The notes under the pieces: model-generated
What the model was told of the DNA's origin: nothing
Databases searched by the model: none
Seen by the model: only the letters and a program-made list of their open reading frames with translations
Assembly (NCBI GenBank): GCA_943354965.1
Contig: CALRDN010000002.1
Span: 38,029-102,028, forward strand
Reading direction: 5' to 3'
Source of the DNA: Candidatus Peribacteria bacterium
GTDB taxonomy: Bacteria > Patescibacteriota > Gracilibacteria > UBA1369 > UBA12463
Length of the DNA: 64,000 nucleotides
Program-made: the position numbers and the translations under genes
Shown here: one piece after another, positions 9,034-18,427 of the stretch
Numbering within the stretch: the first letter of the stretch is position 1
How the letters are laid out: every line of letters starts with the position of its first letter

Positions 9034-10209
9034 TTATCTACCAACTTCCTCCCCCTCAATCAGCTCACGGTGAAGAGCGACTATTGCAAGTTCATAGTCA
9101 GCCTCTTGAACAACTAGCGTATAGTTACGATCTGCAGAGGTGGTAATTTCCTCAACATTAATGCCGGCTCTATCTAATACACCTGCAATATTCCGAGAAA
9201 GACCGCGCTGCTGTTTCATCCCATTGCCAATGCAGGAAACAAGAGCGACACCAGGTTGAGACATCACCGTTCCAATACGATCGAGACGACTTTCTAACTC
9301 CTCTTTTTGTGGATGATCAGCGTCTATCGTAAATGGAAATGATGATCCACCACCGAATGTAGCAGTAACGGAAATATCCAACTCTTCACAAGCCTTCAAT
9401 ACGAGACTCGCAATACCGCTTGAATGAGCCATGCGCGCAGAACTGACCGTATAGAGAATCTGATTATTTTTTCCACTAATAAATTGAACTCCCTTAGATT
9501 CAATCTGTTCTGAAACACGAGTACCCTTATCTCGAAAATCATAGATACTACGAACCTGGAGCTGAATACCTCGCTGATCCAGACCCATGAGACCGCCGGA
9601 AGTAAAAGCGCGAGGACCATTAAGAGTAGATAACTCTAGCGCCTCACGGAAACTCATTCGTTTCTGGCGTCGAACGTGTTGAAAACCATCACGCATTTCT
9701 GGAGTATACCCCGGCTCAACAATGGAAGGATCGGCAGAAAAAACACCAGGAAGCTCTCCAAAAACCTTAACGCGAATATGATCAGAACTTGCCCCAATAC
9801 GAGTCAATGCTGCCGCCAAAATACCGGCATGAGCATCTATGCCATCAAAACCAAATGTATGACCGTGAATACCGGAAAGACGGCCGAGAACCGGGGTTTT
9901 GGAATCAGACTCTAATAAACTTCGAAGATTCGAATCTCCAATTTGATCGACTGCAAGGTGAAAAGCTTCCTCGCTCGTCATATCACAAACCTCACTGGGA
10001 TCATAACGATCAGATACATTTCTGACATCTACTAACACAAATTCATCCATAAGATCCTTAAGCACATCTGCGGAACTTGCGACAACAACGGGAGTTCGCA
10101 TTCTAGTTTCATGGGTAAGTACCTGCTTCACTCGAGCAGGATGAGCCTTCACCAAATCATCAGATAAAGGAAGAATCGTATAATTAGTAGATGCAATTCG
10201 ATCGTTCAT
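9034..10209 (-). CDS. aspartate-kinase-like protein (amino acid kinase domain plus two ACT domains) with a divergent N-terminus
   Basis: LPGVFSADPSIV corresponds to the aspartokinase DVxGVxTxDPR motif. The C-terminal ACT region is ALVSCIGNGMKQQRGLSRNIAGVLDRAGINVEEI. The ATG at 10209 is preferred over the track's TTG at 10218. The KFGGTS-type N-terminal motif is not recognisable. Confidence 0.6.
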   Translation of the reverse strand: MNDRIASTNYTILPLSDDLVKAHPARVKQVLTHETRMRTPVVVASSADVLKDLMDEFVLVDVRNVSDRYDPSEVCDMTSEEAFHLAVDQIGDSNLRSLLESDSKTPVLGRLSGIHGHTFGFDGIDAHAGILAAALTRIGASSDHIRVKVFGELPGVFSADPSIVEPGYTPEMRDGFQHVRRQKRMSFREALELSTLNGPRAFTSGGLMGLDQRGIQLQVRSIYDFRDKGTRVSEQIESKGVQFISGKNNQILYTVSSARMAHSSGIASLVLKACEELDISVTATFGGGSSFPFTIDADHPQKEELESRLDRIGTVMSQPGVALVSCIGNGMKQQRGLSRNIAGVLDRAGINVEEITTSADRNYTLVVQEADYELAIVALHRELIEGEEVGR

Positions 10210-10303
10210 AAAGCTCAAGTAAGAAATAAAAACAGGCCGGCAATATAATACAAATATGACAAACAGTCAATAATTGCTGTATTGGAAGCTGAAATAAAAA
10301 GAC

Positions 10304-12598
10304 TTATTCGCCCGACTCTAGAGGAATCTCCCTTGGAGTTCCCTCGCCGCTTACGTCGGCACAACCGCTACATACTAATTTCACATCACCCTCCTTGGAG
10401 GTTTTTTCCGTGATAAGCATGCCACATTTCTTGCACAACTCCCCTGTTGGCTTATCCCAAACCGCATTCTTACAATCAGGGTATTTATTACATCCATAGA
10501 AAGCCTTTCGTGTTTTCTTGGAGAATCGCTTAATCATCGAACCCTTGCCACACTTAGGACACTTGATAGCATTTGGATCATCGATAGAGACGATATTCTT
10601 ACACTTCGGATAGTTCGTACAGCCGAGGAATGAGCCAAAACGACTCGTCTTCACCGCCATATCACTTCCACACTTTTCACACTTTGTACCTTTTAACTTC
10701 TCCTCAAGATCTTTCTGTTCCTGTGTTTTTTCTTTTACGACAAGCGGTCTCTTAAATTTACATTCAGGATAATTGGTACAGGCGTAGAACTTTCCAAACC
10801 GTCCGAATTTAATCTGCAACGCATTGGAACATTCAGGGCACTTTTCTTCCGTTGACTCCGTAGTAATGTCGTCCTTCTTAATCGTCTCATTTTTCTCAAC
10901 AATCAATTTATGAAATGGCTCATAGAAGTCGCGAATCAATGGTACCCAGGCCTGCTTGCCCTCAGCAACCTTATCCAAACCTTCTTCCATTTCCGCCGTA
11001 AATTTGTAATCAACAATTTTCGGAAAGTGCTCAACCAAGAGATCCGTTACGAGCATTCCTAAATCAGTAGGCTTCAAAACTTTTCCATCTTTCTCAACAT
11101 ACAAACGCGCAATAATCGTAGAAATTGTCGGAGCATACGTACTCGGACGACCAATTCCCTCGGACTCAAGCTTCTTTACCAATGCTGCTTCGGTATATCG
11201 TGCAGGCGGTTTGGTGAAATGTTGTTCCGGCAAAAGTTCCTTCAAATCGACAGATTCATCTTTCTTCAAAAGTGGAAGAAGTTTTTCTCCATCTTTTTCC
11301 TCATCCTCTTCCTGATCATTTCCCTCCATATATACCTTCATGAATCCAGGGAAGACAACGGTCTGACCTGTAGCACGGAAGTTATACTGCTTGTGATTGT
11401 CAGGGGTAATATCCGCACCAACTTGCTTCAAAATAGCCTCAGCCATCTGACAAGCAACCGTGCGCTTCCATACTAACTCATAGAGATTAAACTGATCCTT
11501 GCTCAAATCGGACTTTACCTTGAACGGCTCGATCGACATATCTACCGGACGGATAGCTTCGTGAGCTTCCTGAGCACCCTTCTTTGATTTGAATTTGCGA
11601 GCAGTAGGGAGAAGATATTCTTTTCCATATAACTCCGTAATAATAGCATTGGCCTGCTCAATTGCGACATCAGACAAATTCGTAGAATCAGTACGCATGT
11701 AGGTAATAAGCGCTGTAGGCTTACCATCAACATCAACACCTTCGTACATTTGCTGTGCTACCATCATCGTCTTCTTTACCGAGAAACCAAGCTTACGAGA
11801 ACACTCTTGCTGTAATGTAGAAGTCGTAAACGGTGCAGCCGGTGAGCGCTTCACATCTTTTTCATCAACATTCGTTACCGTGAACGTATCTTTCTTAATT
11901 TCATCATGAATCACATTTGCATCCACTCCGTTTGTAACCTTCGCCTCCTTACCATTAATCTTCGTAAGAGCTGCGCGGAACTTTTCATCTCTTTTTGTAA
12001 GAAAATCAGCCGTCAAACTCCAATATTCATTAGGGACAAAAGCGAGGATTTCTCGCTCTCTATCCACAACTAAGCGAGTAGCGACACTTTGTACACGACC
12101 GGCCGAGAGACCATAACGAACCTTCTTCCACAATAATGGAGAAAGCTCATAACCCACCAATCTATCCAAAACACGTCGAGCCTGCTGGGCATCGATCATA
12201 TCCTGAAAAAGTTGTCGTGGATGTTTGATCGCCTCGAGAATAGCCTTCTCTGTAATTTCATGAAAAACGATTCTCTCTACTTTATTCTTCTTTGGATTAA
12301 TTTTGAGCGCCTCCAATAAATGCCATCCAATAGCCTCCCCTTCTCGGTCCTCATCAGTTGCCACCCAAATATTCGTATCCTTATCTATAAACGATTTAAG
12401 TTCGGTAATAACTTTTTTCTTATCCGGTGAAATTAAATATTCCGGGGCAAAATCATGCTCAATATCAACACCCATCTTCGATTTAGGAAGATCACGGACG
12501 TGTCCCATGGATGCACGAACCACGAAATTCTTGCTTAAAAAGCGCGAAATCGTCTTCGCTTTTGCAGGGGACTCTACGATAACAAGGTCTTTTGCCAT
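10304..12598 (-). CDS. topA: DNA topoisomerase I
   Basis: Toprim N-terminus MAKDLVIVESPAKAKTI. Several C-terminal CxxC..CxxC zinc ribbons. The ATG at 12598 is preferred over the track's TTG at 12634. Confidence 0.95.
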   Translation of the reverse strand: MAKDLVIVESPAKAKTISRFLSKNFVVRASMGHVRDLPKSKMGVDIEHDFAPEYLISPDKKKVITELKSFIDKDTNIWVATDEDREGEAIGWHLLEALKINPKKNKVERIVFHEITEKAILEAIKHPRQLFQDMIDAQQARRVLDRLVGYELSPLLWKKVRYGLSAGRVQSVATRLVVDREREILAFVPNEYWSLTADFLTKRDEKFRAALTKINGKEAKVTNGVDANVIHDEIKKDTFTVTNVDEKDVKRSPAAPFTTSTLQQECSRKLGFSVKKTMMVAQQMYEGVDVDGKPTALITYMRTDSTNLSDVAIEQANAIITELYGKEYLLPTARKFKSKKGAQEAHEAIRPVDMSIEPFKVKSDLSKDQFNLYELVWKRTVACQMAEAILKQVGADITPDNHKQYNFRATGQTVVFPGFMKVYMEGNDQEEDEEKDGEKLLPLLKKDESVDLKELLPEQHFTKPPARYTEAALVKKLESEGIGRPSTYAPTISTIIARLYVEKDGKVLKPTDLGMLVTDLLVEHFPKIVDYKFTAEMEEGLDKVAEGKQAWVPLIRDFYEPFHKLIVEKNETIKKDDITTESTEEKCPECSNALQIKFGRFGKFYACTNYPECKFKRPLVVKEKTQEQKDLEEKLKGTKCEKCGSDMAVKTSRFGSFLGCTNYPKCKNIVSIDDPNAIKCPKCGKGSMIKRFSKKTRKAFYGCNKYPDCKNAVWDKPTGELCKKCGMLITEKTSKEGDVKLVCSGCADVSGEGTPREIPLESGE

Positions 12599-12606
12599 AC
12601 CATCTG

Positions 12607-12634
12607 ATTGTATTGAGAATTCGCTCGCTGTCAA
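12607..12634 (-). promoter_or_regulatory. sigma70 consensus promoter TTGACA-N16-TACAAT, 8 nt upstream of the topA ATG
   Basis: The reverse complement of 12599..12634 reads TTGACAgcgagcgaattctcaaTACAATcagatggt, then ATG. Confidence 0.6.
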
Positions 12635-12738
12635 ATGAAGAGTGCAATTTTGGCTTTAAAAAAGGGAAATTTGCGGTCTTGAAGAAAACAAAATTTGACA
12701 AAATGGCAAACAAACGCCAAAATAGAGACGTCTTAAAA

Positions 12739-12807
12739 ATGCACATGCAACATTCAGTCAACACTTTCGGATATTACTTTTGGAACTTCAACAACGTGAA
12801 GGCCTAG
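12739..12807 (+). CDS. candidate 22-aa aromatic-rich leader peptide (MHMQHSVNTFGYYFWNFNNVKA)
   Basis: The short ORF lies in the topA/aroA divergent gap. Codons 12766..12789 encode F-G-Y-Y-F-W-N-F. An in-frame alternative ATG at 12703 would give 34 aa. Possible promoter: TTGACA 12695-12700 with caaaat at 12718-12723. Confidence 0.4.
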   Translation: MHMQHSVNTFGYYFWNFNNVKA

Positions 12808-12831
12808 AGTGTTATGCGAAATTTCTTCCTC

Positions 12832-12857
12832 AAGGCCCTCACGAAAGGGCTTTTTTT
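12832..12857 (+). terminator. intrinsic terminator / attenuator hairpin directly upstream of aroA
   Basis: Stem 12832-12839 (aaggccct) pairs with 12846-12853 (agggcttt), loop cacgaa, and seven T at 12851-12857. It ends 11 nt before the aroA ATG at 12869. Confidence 0.55.
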
Positions 12858-12868
12858 ATGCTTATATT

Positions 12869-14737
12869 ATGAAACTTATCGTCGAACCAACATTACGAAT
12901 TGAGGGTGAAGTCACTCCCCCACCATCCAAATCACACAGCGTGAGAGCGCTTCTATTAGCCACGTTAGCGCGGGGCACATCCACGCTAAAAAATATTTTA
13001 GAAGCTTCCGACACACGTGCCGCTATGGATGTTTGTAGAAAGCTCGGGGCAAAAATTACCTGCGTAAAAAATGCGACAGGAGGATTGGACTGCACGGTTG
13101 AGAGTAATGGAGCCCCACTTCAAACAGATGAAACAGAAATCTTTTCAGCAAATTCAGGAATCGCGACCACATTTACTATTCCTATTTTAGGGCTGAGAAA
13201 AGAGACAAAACACTCTATGATACTCTCATGCGGAGAGCAGATGATGCAGCGACCGATCGATACCATTCTCGATGCCGTTACGAAACTTGGATTAAAAATA
13301 AAAAGTACAAACGGGCACTGTCCGCTAAAAATATCAGGAGCATTAATCGGTAGTGAAATAGAAATTGATGGAACAAACTCTCAAAACGTATCAGCCCTTC
13401 TACTCGCACTTCCTCTCGCACCAAACACATCTATTATAAACGTAAAAAATCTGCAGGAACGTCCATATGTCGAGATGACGTTGCGATGTTTGGATGAGCA
13501 ACATATTACATACACACATACTCACAGTGGAGATATCGATCAGTTCACCATACCCGGGAACCAAATCTACAAGCCATTTGAAAAGACTACACCGGGTGAT
13601 TTTTCATCAGCATCCTACATCATTGCCGCTGCAGTTTTACTCCCGGGGCATGTAATTATTGATACGATGGACATGGCCGATTCGCAAGGAGACAAGCGGT
13701 TGATCACGATTCTGCAAGAGATGGGAGCGCACATAAAAATTGAAGGGAAAACAATCGTAATTGATGGTGGACACCCTCTCGCTGGCCAAGAAATCGACTG
13801 CAGTGATATTCCGGATATGGTGCCAACACTCGCGGTTATTGCCACGCAGGCTGAAGGAAAAACAACACTTACAAATGTCGGTCACGCCCGAATCAAGGAA
13901 ACTGATCGGCTAAAATCCATGGCAACTGAACTCAAAAAAATGGGAGCTAATATCGAGGAACACGCAACCTCGCTCGTCATATATCACAGCCGGCTCTTCT
14001 GTGCATCGCTCGACGGATACAACGATCACAGAACCATAATGGCACTCGCCATAGCCAGCCTTCTGCCTACTGACGGAGCAAGCAAAATCACAACAGCAGA
14101 GGGAATGGACAAGACATTTCCTAACTTCACCACCACTATGAACACTCTCGGCACAAAAATGCATACGGCTCAGCAGAGTTGTCCCTTGGGGACTTCAAGC
14201 CCTAAACATCTCATCCTCATCGGCTTCAAAAATGCCGGAAAAACGACAATCGGTCAGGATCTGGCCAAAAGACTTGGTCTACCATTCCGAGACCTGGATG
14301 AAAAAATCATCGCACATCATGAGAATATTTCAGGTAAAAAACAAAGTTGTAGAGAAATAATGAACGAGTACGGAGAAACATTTTTCAGAGATATGGAACG
14401 TATTGTTCTTGGGGAAGTCACAGCATCTCCCGACGTCAGCATTATCGCCCTAGGCGGAGGAACTCCGATAGTGGAAGAAAACCGTCCACTTCTCACTCCT
14501 CATCACGTTATTCACATTTCTGCCCCAAAGAGTATCGTGTTCGAGCGAATTATGATCAACGGCAAACCAGCGTTCTTCCCACAGGGCCAAGACGCCTTTA
14601 TCAGCTTCCAGGAGCTATGGAATTCCAGGGAGCCTATATTCGAAAAACTTGCTACAATGACCATCCACAACAACGGCTCTATCAAGGAATCTGTAGAAAG
14701 TATCCTACGACAACTCGTTATCAAAACCACCATATGA
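12869..14737 (+). CDS. aroA: bifunctional EPSP synthase / shikimate kinase (AroA-AroK fusion)
   Basis: The N-terminal part has PPSKSHSVRALLLATLA and the EPSP synthase fold. The C-terminal ~170 aa carry a P-loop LIGFKNAGKTTIGQDLAKRLGLPFRDLD, typical of shikimate kinase. The start was moved to ATG 12869, downstream of the terminator. Confidence 0.9.
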   Translation: MKLIVEPTLRIEGEVTPPPSKSHSVRALLLATLARGTSTLKNILEASDTRAAMDVCRKLGAKITCVKNATGGLDCTVESNGAPLQTDETEIFSANSGIATTFTIPILGLRKETKHSMILSCGEQMMQRPIDTILDAVTKLGLKIKSTNGHCPLKISGALIGSEIEIDGTNSQNVSALLLALPLAPNTSIINVKNLQERPYVEMTLRCLDEQHITYTHTHSGDIDQFTIPGNQIYKPFEKTTPGDFSSASYIIAAAVLLPGHVIIDTMDMADSQGDKRLITILQEMGAHIKIEGKTIVIDGGHPLAGQEIDCSDIPDMVPTLAVIATQAEGKTTLTNVGHARIKETDRLKSMATELKKMGANIEEHATSLVIYHSRLFCASLDGYNDHRTIMALAIASLLPTDGASKITTAEGMDKTFPNFTTTMNTLGTKMHTAQQSCPLGTSSPKHLILIGFKNAGKTTIGQDLAKRLGLPFRDLDEKIIAHHENISGKKQSCREIMNEYGETFFRDMERIVLGEVTASPDVSIIALGGGTPIVEENRPLLTPHHVIHISAPKSIVFERIMINGKPAFFPQGQDAFISFQELWNSREPIFEKLATMTIHNNGSIKESVESILRQLVIKTTI

Positions 14738-15180
14738 AAACCATCCTCCTCATTCACGGACCAAATTTAAATCTCTTAGGAAAACGTGATCAAGCTCACT
14801 ATGGCTCACTTACATTAAAAAAATTAGAAGCAATAGTGAAGGCGGAAGCAAAAGTACTGGGCTATCGAATCCTGCCATTCCAGTCCAACCACGAAGGAGA
14901 ACTAATTGATTTTATTCAAAAGAATTCAGAAAAAACAGATGGAATACTTATCAATCCTGGAGCACTCACGCACTATAGTTATTCGCTCCATGATGCCATA
15001 ATCGACGCACGGATACCGACCGTAGAAGTTCACCTCTCCGACATAAACAAAAGAGAATCCTGGAGAAAAATATCAGTAACAAAACCTGCCTGCATCGGGC
15101 AAAAATTCGGCAAGAAAGAAAAAAGTTATCTAGAAGGACTCACATTACTGCATAAAAAATTGACCACCAAAAAATCATGA
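14734..15180 (+). CDS. aroQ: type II 3-dehydroquinate dehydratase
   Basis: MKTILLIHGPNLNLLGKRD..HYG. ATGA overlap with the aroA-aroK stop. Confidence 0.9.
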   Translation: MKTILLIHGPNLNLLGKRDQAHYGSLTLKKLEAIVKAEAKVLGYRILPFQSNHEGELIDFIQKNSEKTDGILINPGALTHYSYSLHDAIIDARIPTVEVHLSDINKRESWRKISVTKPACIGQKFGKKEKSYLEGLTLLHKKLTTKKS

Positions 15181-16223
15181 ACGTTACTATTATTAAACAA
15201 CTTCCCACGGCGGAAGAAATCATACAGGCATTTCCCCTCTCAGAGACCGCGCACATGCAAGTAGCACGCGATCAGCAGGAGGTAAAAGATATTATTTCCG
15301 GAAAAGACAATCGCATGATCGTCATTGTCGGCCCATGCTCGGCATGGCCATTTGACGCGACGCTCACCTATGCAAAAAAGCTAAAGACACTCGAAGAAAA
15401 GCTCAAGGACAAGCTGAAAATCATCATGCGGGTATACATCCAAAAACCACGAACCAGCAAGGGCTGGACCGGCCCAATCAACCAGCCAAATCCATTCACC
15501 GAACCGGACATCGCACAGGGTATTCGTTACAGTCGCGACATTATGGTAAGAATTATTGAGATGGGATTGCCAATATCAGATGAGTCCGTTTTCACACACA
15601 ATGCAAAGGGCTTCAACGAGCTTCTTGCGTGGGTAGCAATCGGTGCACGTAGCACCGAAGATCAAGAACACCGCGTATTTGCATCCTGTATCGACGCTCC
15701 CGTTGGTATGAAAAATCCAACAAGTGGTAACCTGGAAATTGGCGTAAATAGTATCATCGCCGCTCAAGCACAACACACCGCCGTGTTCCATGGAGCGCAA
15801 GTGCAGACCCATGGAAATCCGTATGCACATCTCGTTTTGCGAGGTGGACTCGATCAACCAAACTACCACGTAGAAGATCTCTACACCGCGAAAAAACAGC
15901 TAGAAATAGCCAAAGTGAGCAACCCTGCCGTAATCATTGATGCGAGTCATGACAACTGCAAAGTAAATGGTGCGAAAGACCCGGCACAGCAGATGAACGT
16001 CATCCGTGAGGTACTCACGACGCTAAAAGAACATCCTGATTTACAACCGCTCATAAAAGGATTCATGATTGAAAGCTTCATAAAAGGAGGCTGTCAAAAA
16101 GTAGAAAAACTCACCTCGGAAACAATTGATCTTGATGGACTTTCTATCACTGATCCATGTCTCAGCTGGGAACAAACAGAAAATATTTTAAACACCATTG
16201 CTCATGAACACCACATTGCTTAA
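15177..16223 (+). CDS. aroG: 3-deoxy-7-phosphoheptulonate (DAHP) synthase, class I
   Basis: Motifs seen: IVGPCS, KPRTSKGWTG, IDASHDN. ATGA overlap with the aroQ stop. Confidence 0.9.
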   Translation: MNVTIIKQLPTAEEIIQAFPLSETAHMQVARDQQEVKDIISGKDNRMIVIVGPCSAWPFDATLTYAKKLKTLEEKLKDKLKIIMRVYIQKPRTSKGWTGPINQPNPFTEPDIAQGIRYSRDIMVRIIEMGLPISDESVFTHNAKGFNELLAWVAIGARSTEDQEHRVFASCIDAPVGMKNPTSGNLEIGVNSIIAAQAQHTAVFHGAQVQTHGNPYAHLVLRGGLDQPNYHVEDLYTAKKQLEIAKVSNPAVIIDASHDNCKVNGAKDPAQQMNVIREVLTTLKEHPDLQPLIKGFMIESFIKGGCQKVEKLTSETIDLDGLSITDPCLSWEQTENILNTIAHEHHIA

Positions 16224-17331
16224 TGTAAAATTACCGCAGCCAGAAGCCATAAAATACCAAGTTAATATTGGAACCGAATTAATAAAAAAAATCCCATCTC
16301 TTCTTGGGACACTTACTCCTGTTGCACGATATATTATCATCACGGACACCATGATGAACAATATATATGGCACTGCAATAATAAATATATTTAAAAAAGC
16401 CGATCTGCAAGCAGATATCATAACGTTCCCAGCAGGAGAAAAAAATAAGACTGAGGCAACCCATAGGAAGCTCACGCATAAAATGTTACAGAAAAAATGT
16501 GGACGCGACACGATGATTATCGCACTTGGCGGAGGTGTGGTCGGAGACACAGCGGGATACGTTGCCGCAACGTATATGAGAGGCATTCCATATATCAATA
16601 TCCCAACATCATTTCTTGCCATGGTGGACAGTTCGATAGGTGGAAAAGTTGGTGTAGATACGAAATTTGGGAAAAATCTTATCGGTGCGTTTTGGCATCC
16701 AGAAGCAGTAATAGTTGATATTGATTATTTAAAAAAACTCCCACAAACTCAACTCGTAAATGGTCTCATGGAGTCCATAAAGATATTTCTTACATATAAT
16801 AAAGAAATGCTTGAAATGGTAGAAAATAATTGGAAAAAAGTTTTGAAAAAAGATTTAAGTCTTCTTCAGAAAATCATCGCGCGTTCCATCGAACTAAAAA
16901 TAGGTGTTGTCACAAGAGATGAGCACGAAGCCAATGAACGCATGGTGGTAAACTGGGGACATACGATCGGGCATGCCATCGAACATCTAAGTAATTTTTC
17001 CTTCGGACACGGGTACTGCGTAGGATATGGCATCCTAGTCGAAAGTAAAATCGCAGAATTAATGGGAGTACTATCAATCGAAGATTTTGAGAAAGTATGC
17101 GAGATGATGCATGGATTCGGAATTACAAAAAAAGCACTCAAGGACATACTCAAAAAATTCAGTATACAAGCCATTGTCAAACAGACGCTCATTGATAAAA
17201 AAGCACGAAATGGAAAAGTAAAATACGTACTTCTAGAAAAAATCGGATCAGTAAAAACAACAAAAGGAATGTTCGGACATGAAATTGATAAAAACATGGT
17301 TAAAAAAGCACTCACATACTTCACAAAATAA
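16204..17331 (+). CDS. aroB: 3-dehydroquinate synthase
   Basis: LGGGVVGDTAGYVAATYMRGIPYINIPTS and the GHTIGHAIE metal site. ATG at 16204; the track's start at 16198 is TTG. Confidence 0.9.
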   Translation: MNTTLLNVKLPQPEAIKYQVNIGTELIKKIPSLLGTLTPVARYIIITDTMMNNIYGTAIINIFKKADLQADIITFPAGEKNKTEATHRKLTHKMLQKKCGRDTMIIALGGGVVGDTAGYVAATYMRGIPYINIPTSFLAMVDSSIGGKVGVDTKFGKNLIGAFWHPEAVIVDIDYLKKLPQTQLVNGLMESIKIFLTYNKEMLEMVENNWKKVLKKDLSLLQKIIARSIELKIGVVTRDEHEANERMVVNWGHTIGHAIEHLSNFSFGHGYCVGYGILVESKIAELMGVLSIEDFEKVCEMMHGFGITKKALKDILKKFSIQAIVKQTLIDKKARNGKVKYVLLEKIGSVKTTKGMFGHEIDKNMVKKALTYFTK

Positions 17332-17335
17332 TACT

Positions 17336-18427
17336 ATGGCAGGAAATACATTCGGAAAATTATTTCAAATCACTACATTCGGAGAGTCTCATGGAGACGG
17401 AATCGGCGTTGTGATCGATGGATGTCCTGCGGGACTCGAGATAACTCGTGAAGAAATTCAAAAAGAGCTCGACCGACGCAAGCCTGGAACAAGCCACTTA
17501 ACAACACCACGTCAGGAAAAAGATCAGGTAGAAATGCTATCGGGAATATTTGAAGGGAAGACAATGGGAACGCCAATTGCACTGCTCATCAGAAACCAAG
17601 ATCAGATTCCTGCAGTCTACGAACCAATAAAAGACCTCTACAGGCCGGGACATGCAGATGCAACTTACGATGCAAAATATGGCATGCGAGATTGGAGAGG
17701 TGGCGGGCGCGCCTCTGCACGGGAGACGATCGGCCGCGTAGCGGCCGGCGCCATCGCCAAAAAACTGCTTGCACACGCCGGAATACAAATCACGGGATAC
17801 GTGACACAAATTGGAAACGTGAAAATTACACAAGTAGATGAAAGTACTATTACAACCAATCCCCTCAACTGCCCCGACGCAACCGTGCTCGATGCGATGA
17901 TTCAGGAGATCGAGACCGCGCGCAAAGACCTCGATTCCGTTGGCGGAATAGTAGAAATCATCGCGCGCGGAGTCCCCGCAGGCCTCGGCGAACCCGTTTT
18001 CGACAAACTCTCCGCCGATCTCGCCCATGGCATCATAAGTATACCCGCCGTAAAAGGCATCGAAATCGGTGACGGCTTTGCATGCGCATCCAAACACGGC
18101 AGCGAAAATAACGACGAGTGGGCACTCAAAAACGACAACAATAATAACTCCCACATCGGCACGACCACCAATCACGCCGGCGGTATCATCGGAGGAATCA
18201 GTAACGGAGAAGATATCCTCCTACGTTTCGCCCTTAAGCCTACCTCAAGCATAGCGAAAAAACAGCAAACGGTAGATAGAAACGGCACATCAGCCGAAAT
18301 CGAAGTCCATGGTCGTCACGACCCATGCGTTGCACCTCGTGCCGTCCCGGTTGGAGAAGCTATGGTCGCCCTCGTTCTCGCGGATCACTACCTCCGCAAC
18401 AAAATAAGCCGAATAGAAACTCTATGA
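17336..18427 (+). CDS. aroC: chorismate synthase
   Basis: [20 protein letters not shown] and [14 protein letters not shown]. The start was re-placed to ATG 17336, just after the aroB stop. Confidence 0.95.
   Translation: MAGNTFGKLFQITTFGESHGDGIGVVIDGCPAGLEITREEIQKELDRRKPGTSHLTTPRQEKDQVEMLSGIFEGKTMGTPIALLIRNQDQIPAVYEPIKDLYRPGHADATYDAKYGMRDWRGGGRASARETIGRVAAGAIAKKLLAHAGIQITGYVTQIGNVKITQVDESTITTNPLNCPDATVLDAMIQEIETARKDLDSVGGIVEIIARGVPAGLGEPVFDKLSADLAHGIISIPAVKGIEIGDGFACASKHGSENNDEWALKNDNNNNSHIGTTTNHAGGIIGGISNGEDILLRFALKPTSSIAKKQQTVDRNGTSAEIEVHGRHDPCVAPRAVPVGEAMVALVLADHYLRNKISRIETL

Noticed and set aside
12592-12807. Full 71-aa ORF in the topA/aroA gap as a protein gene
   Set aside because: Its 5' part overlaps the topA start and promoter on the other strand. 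Only the short 3' segment (22 or 34 codons) downstream of a plausible promoter is considered, and only as a leader peptide.
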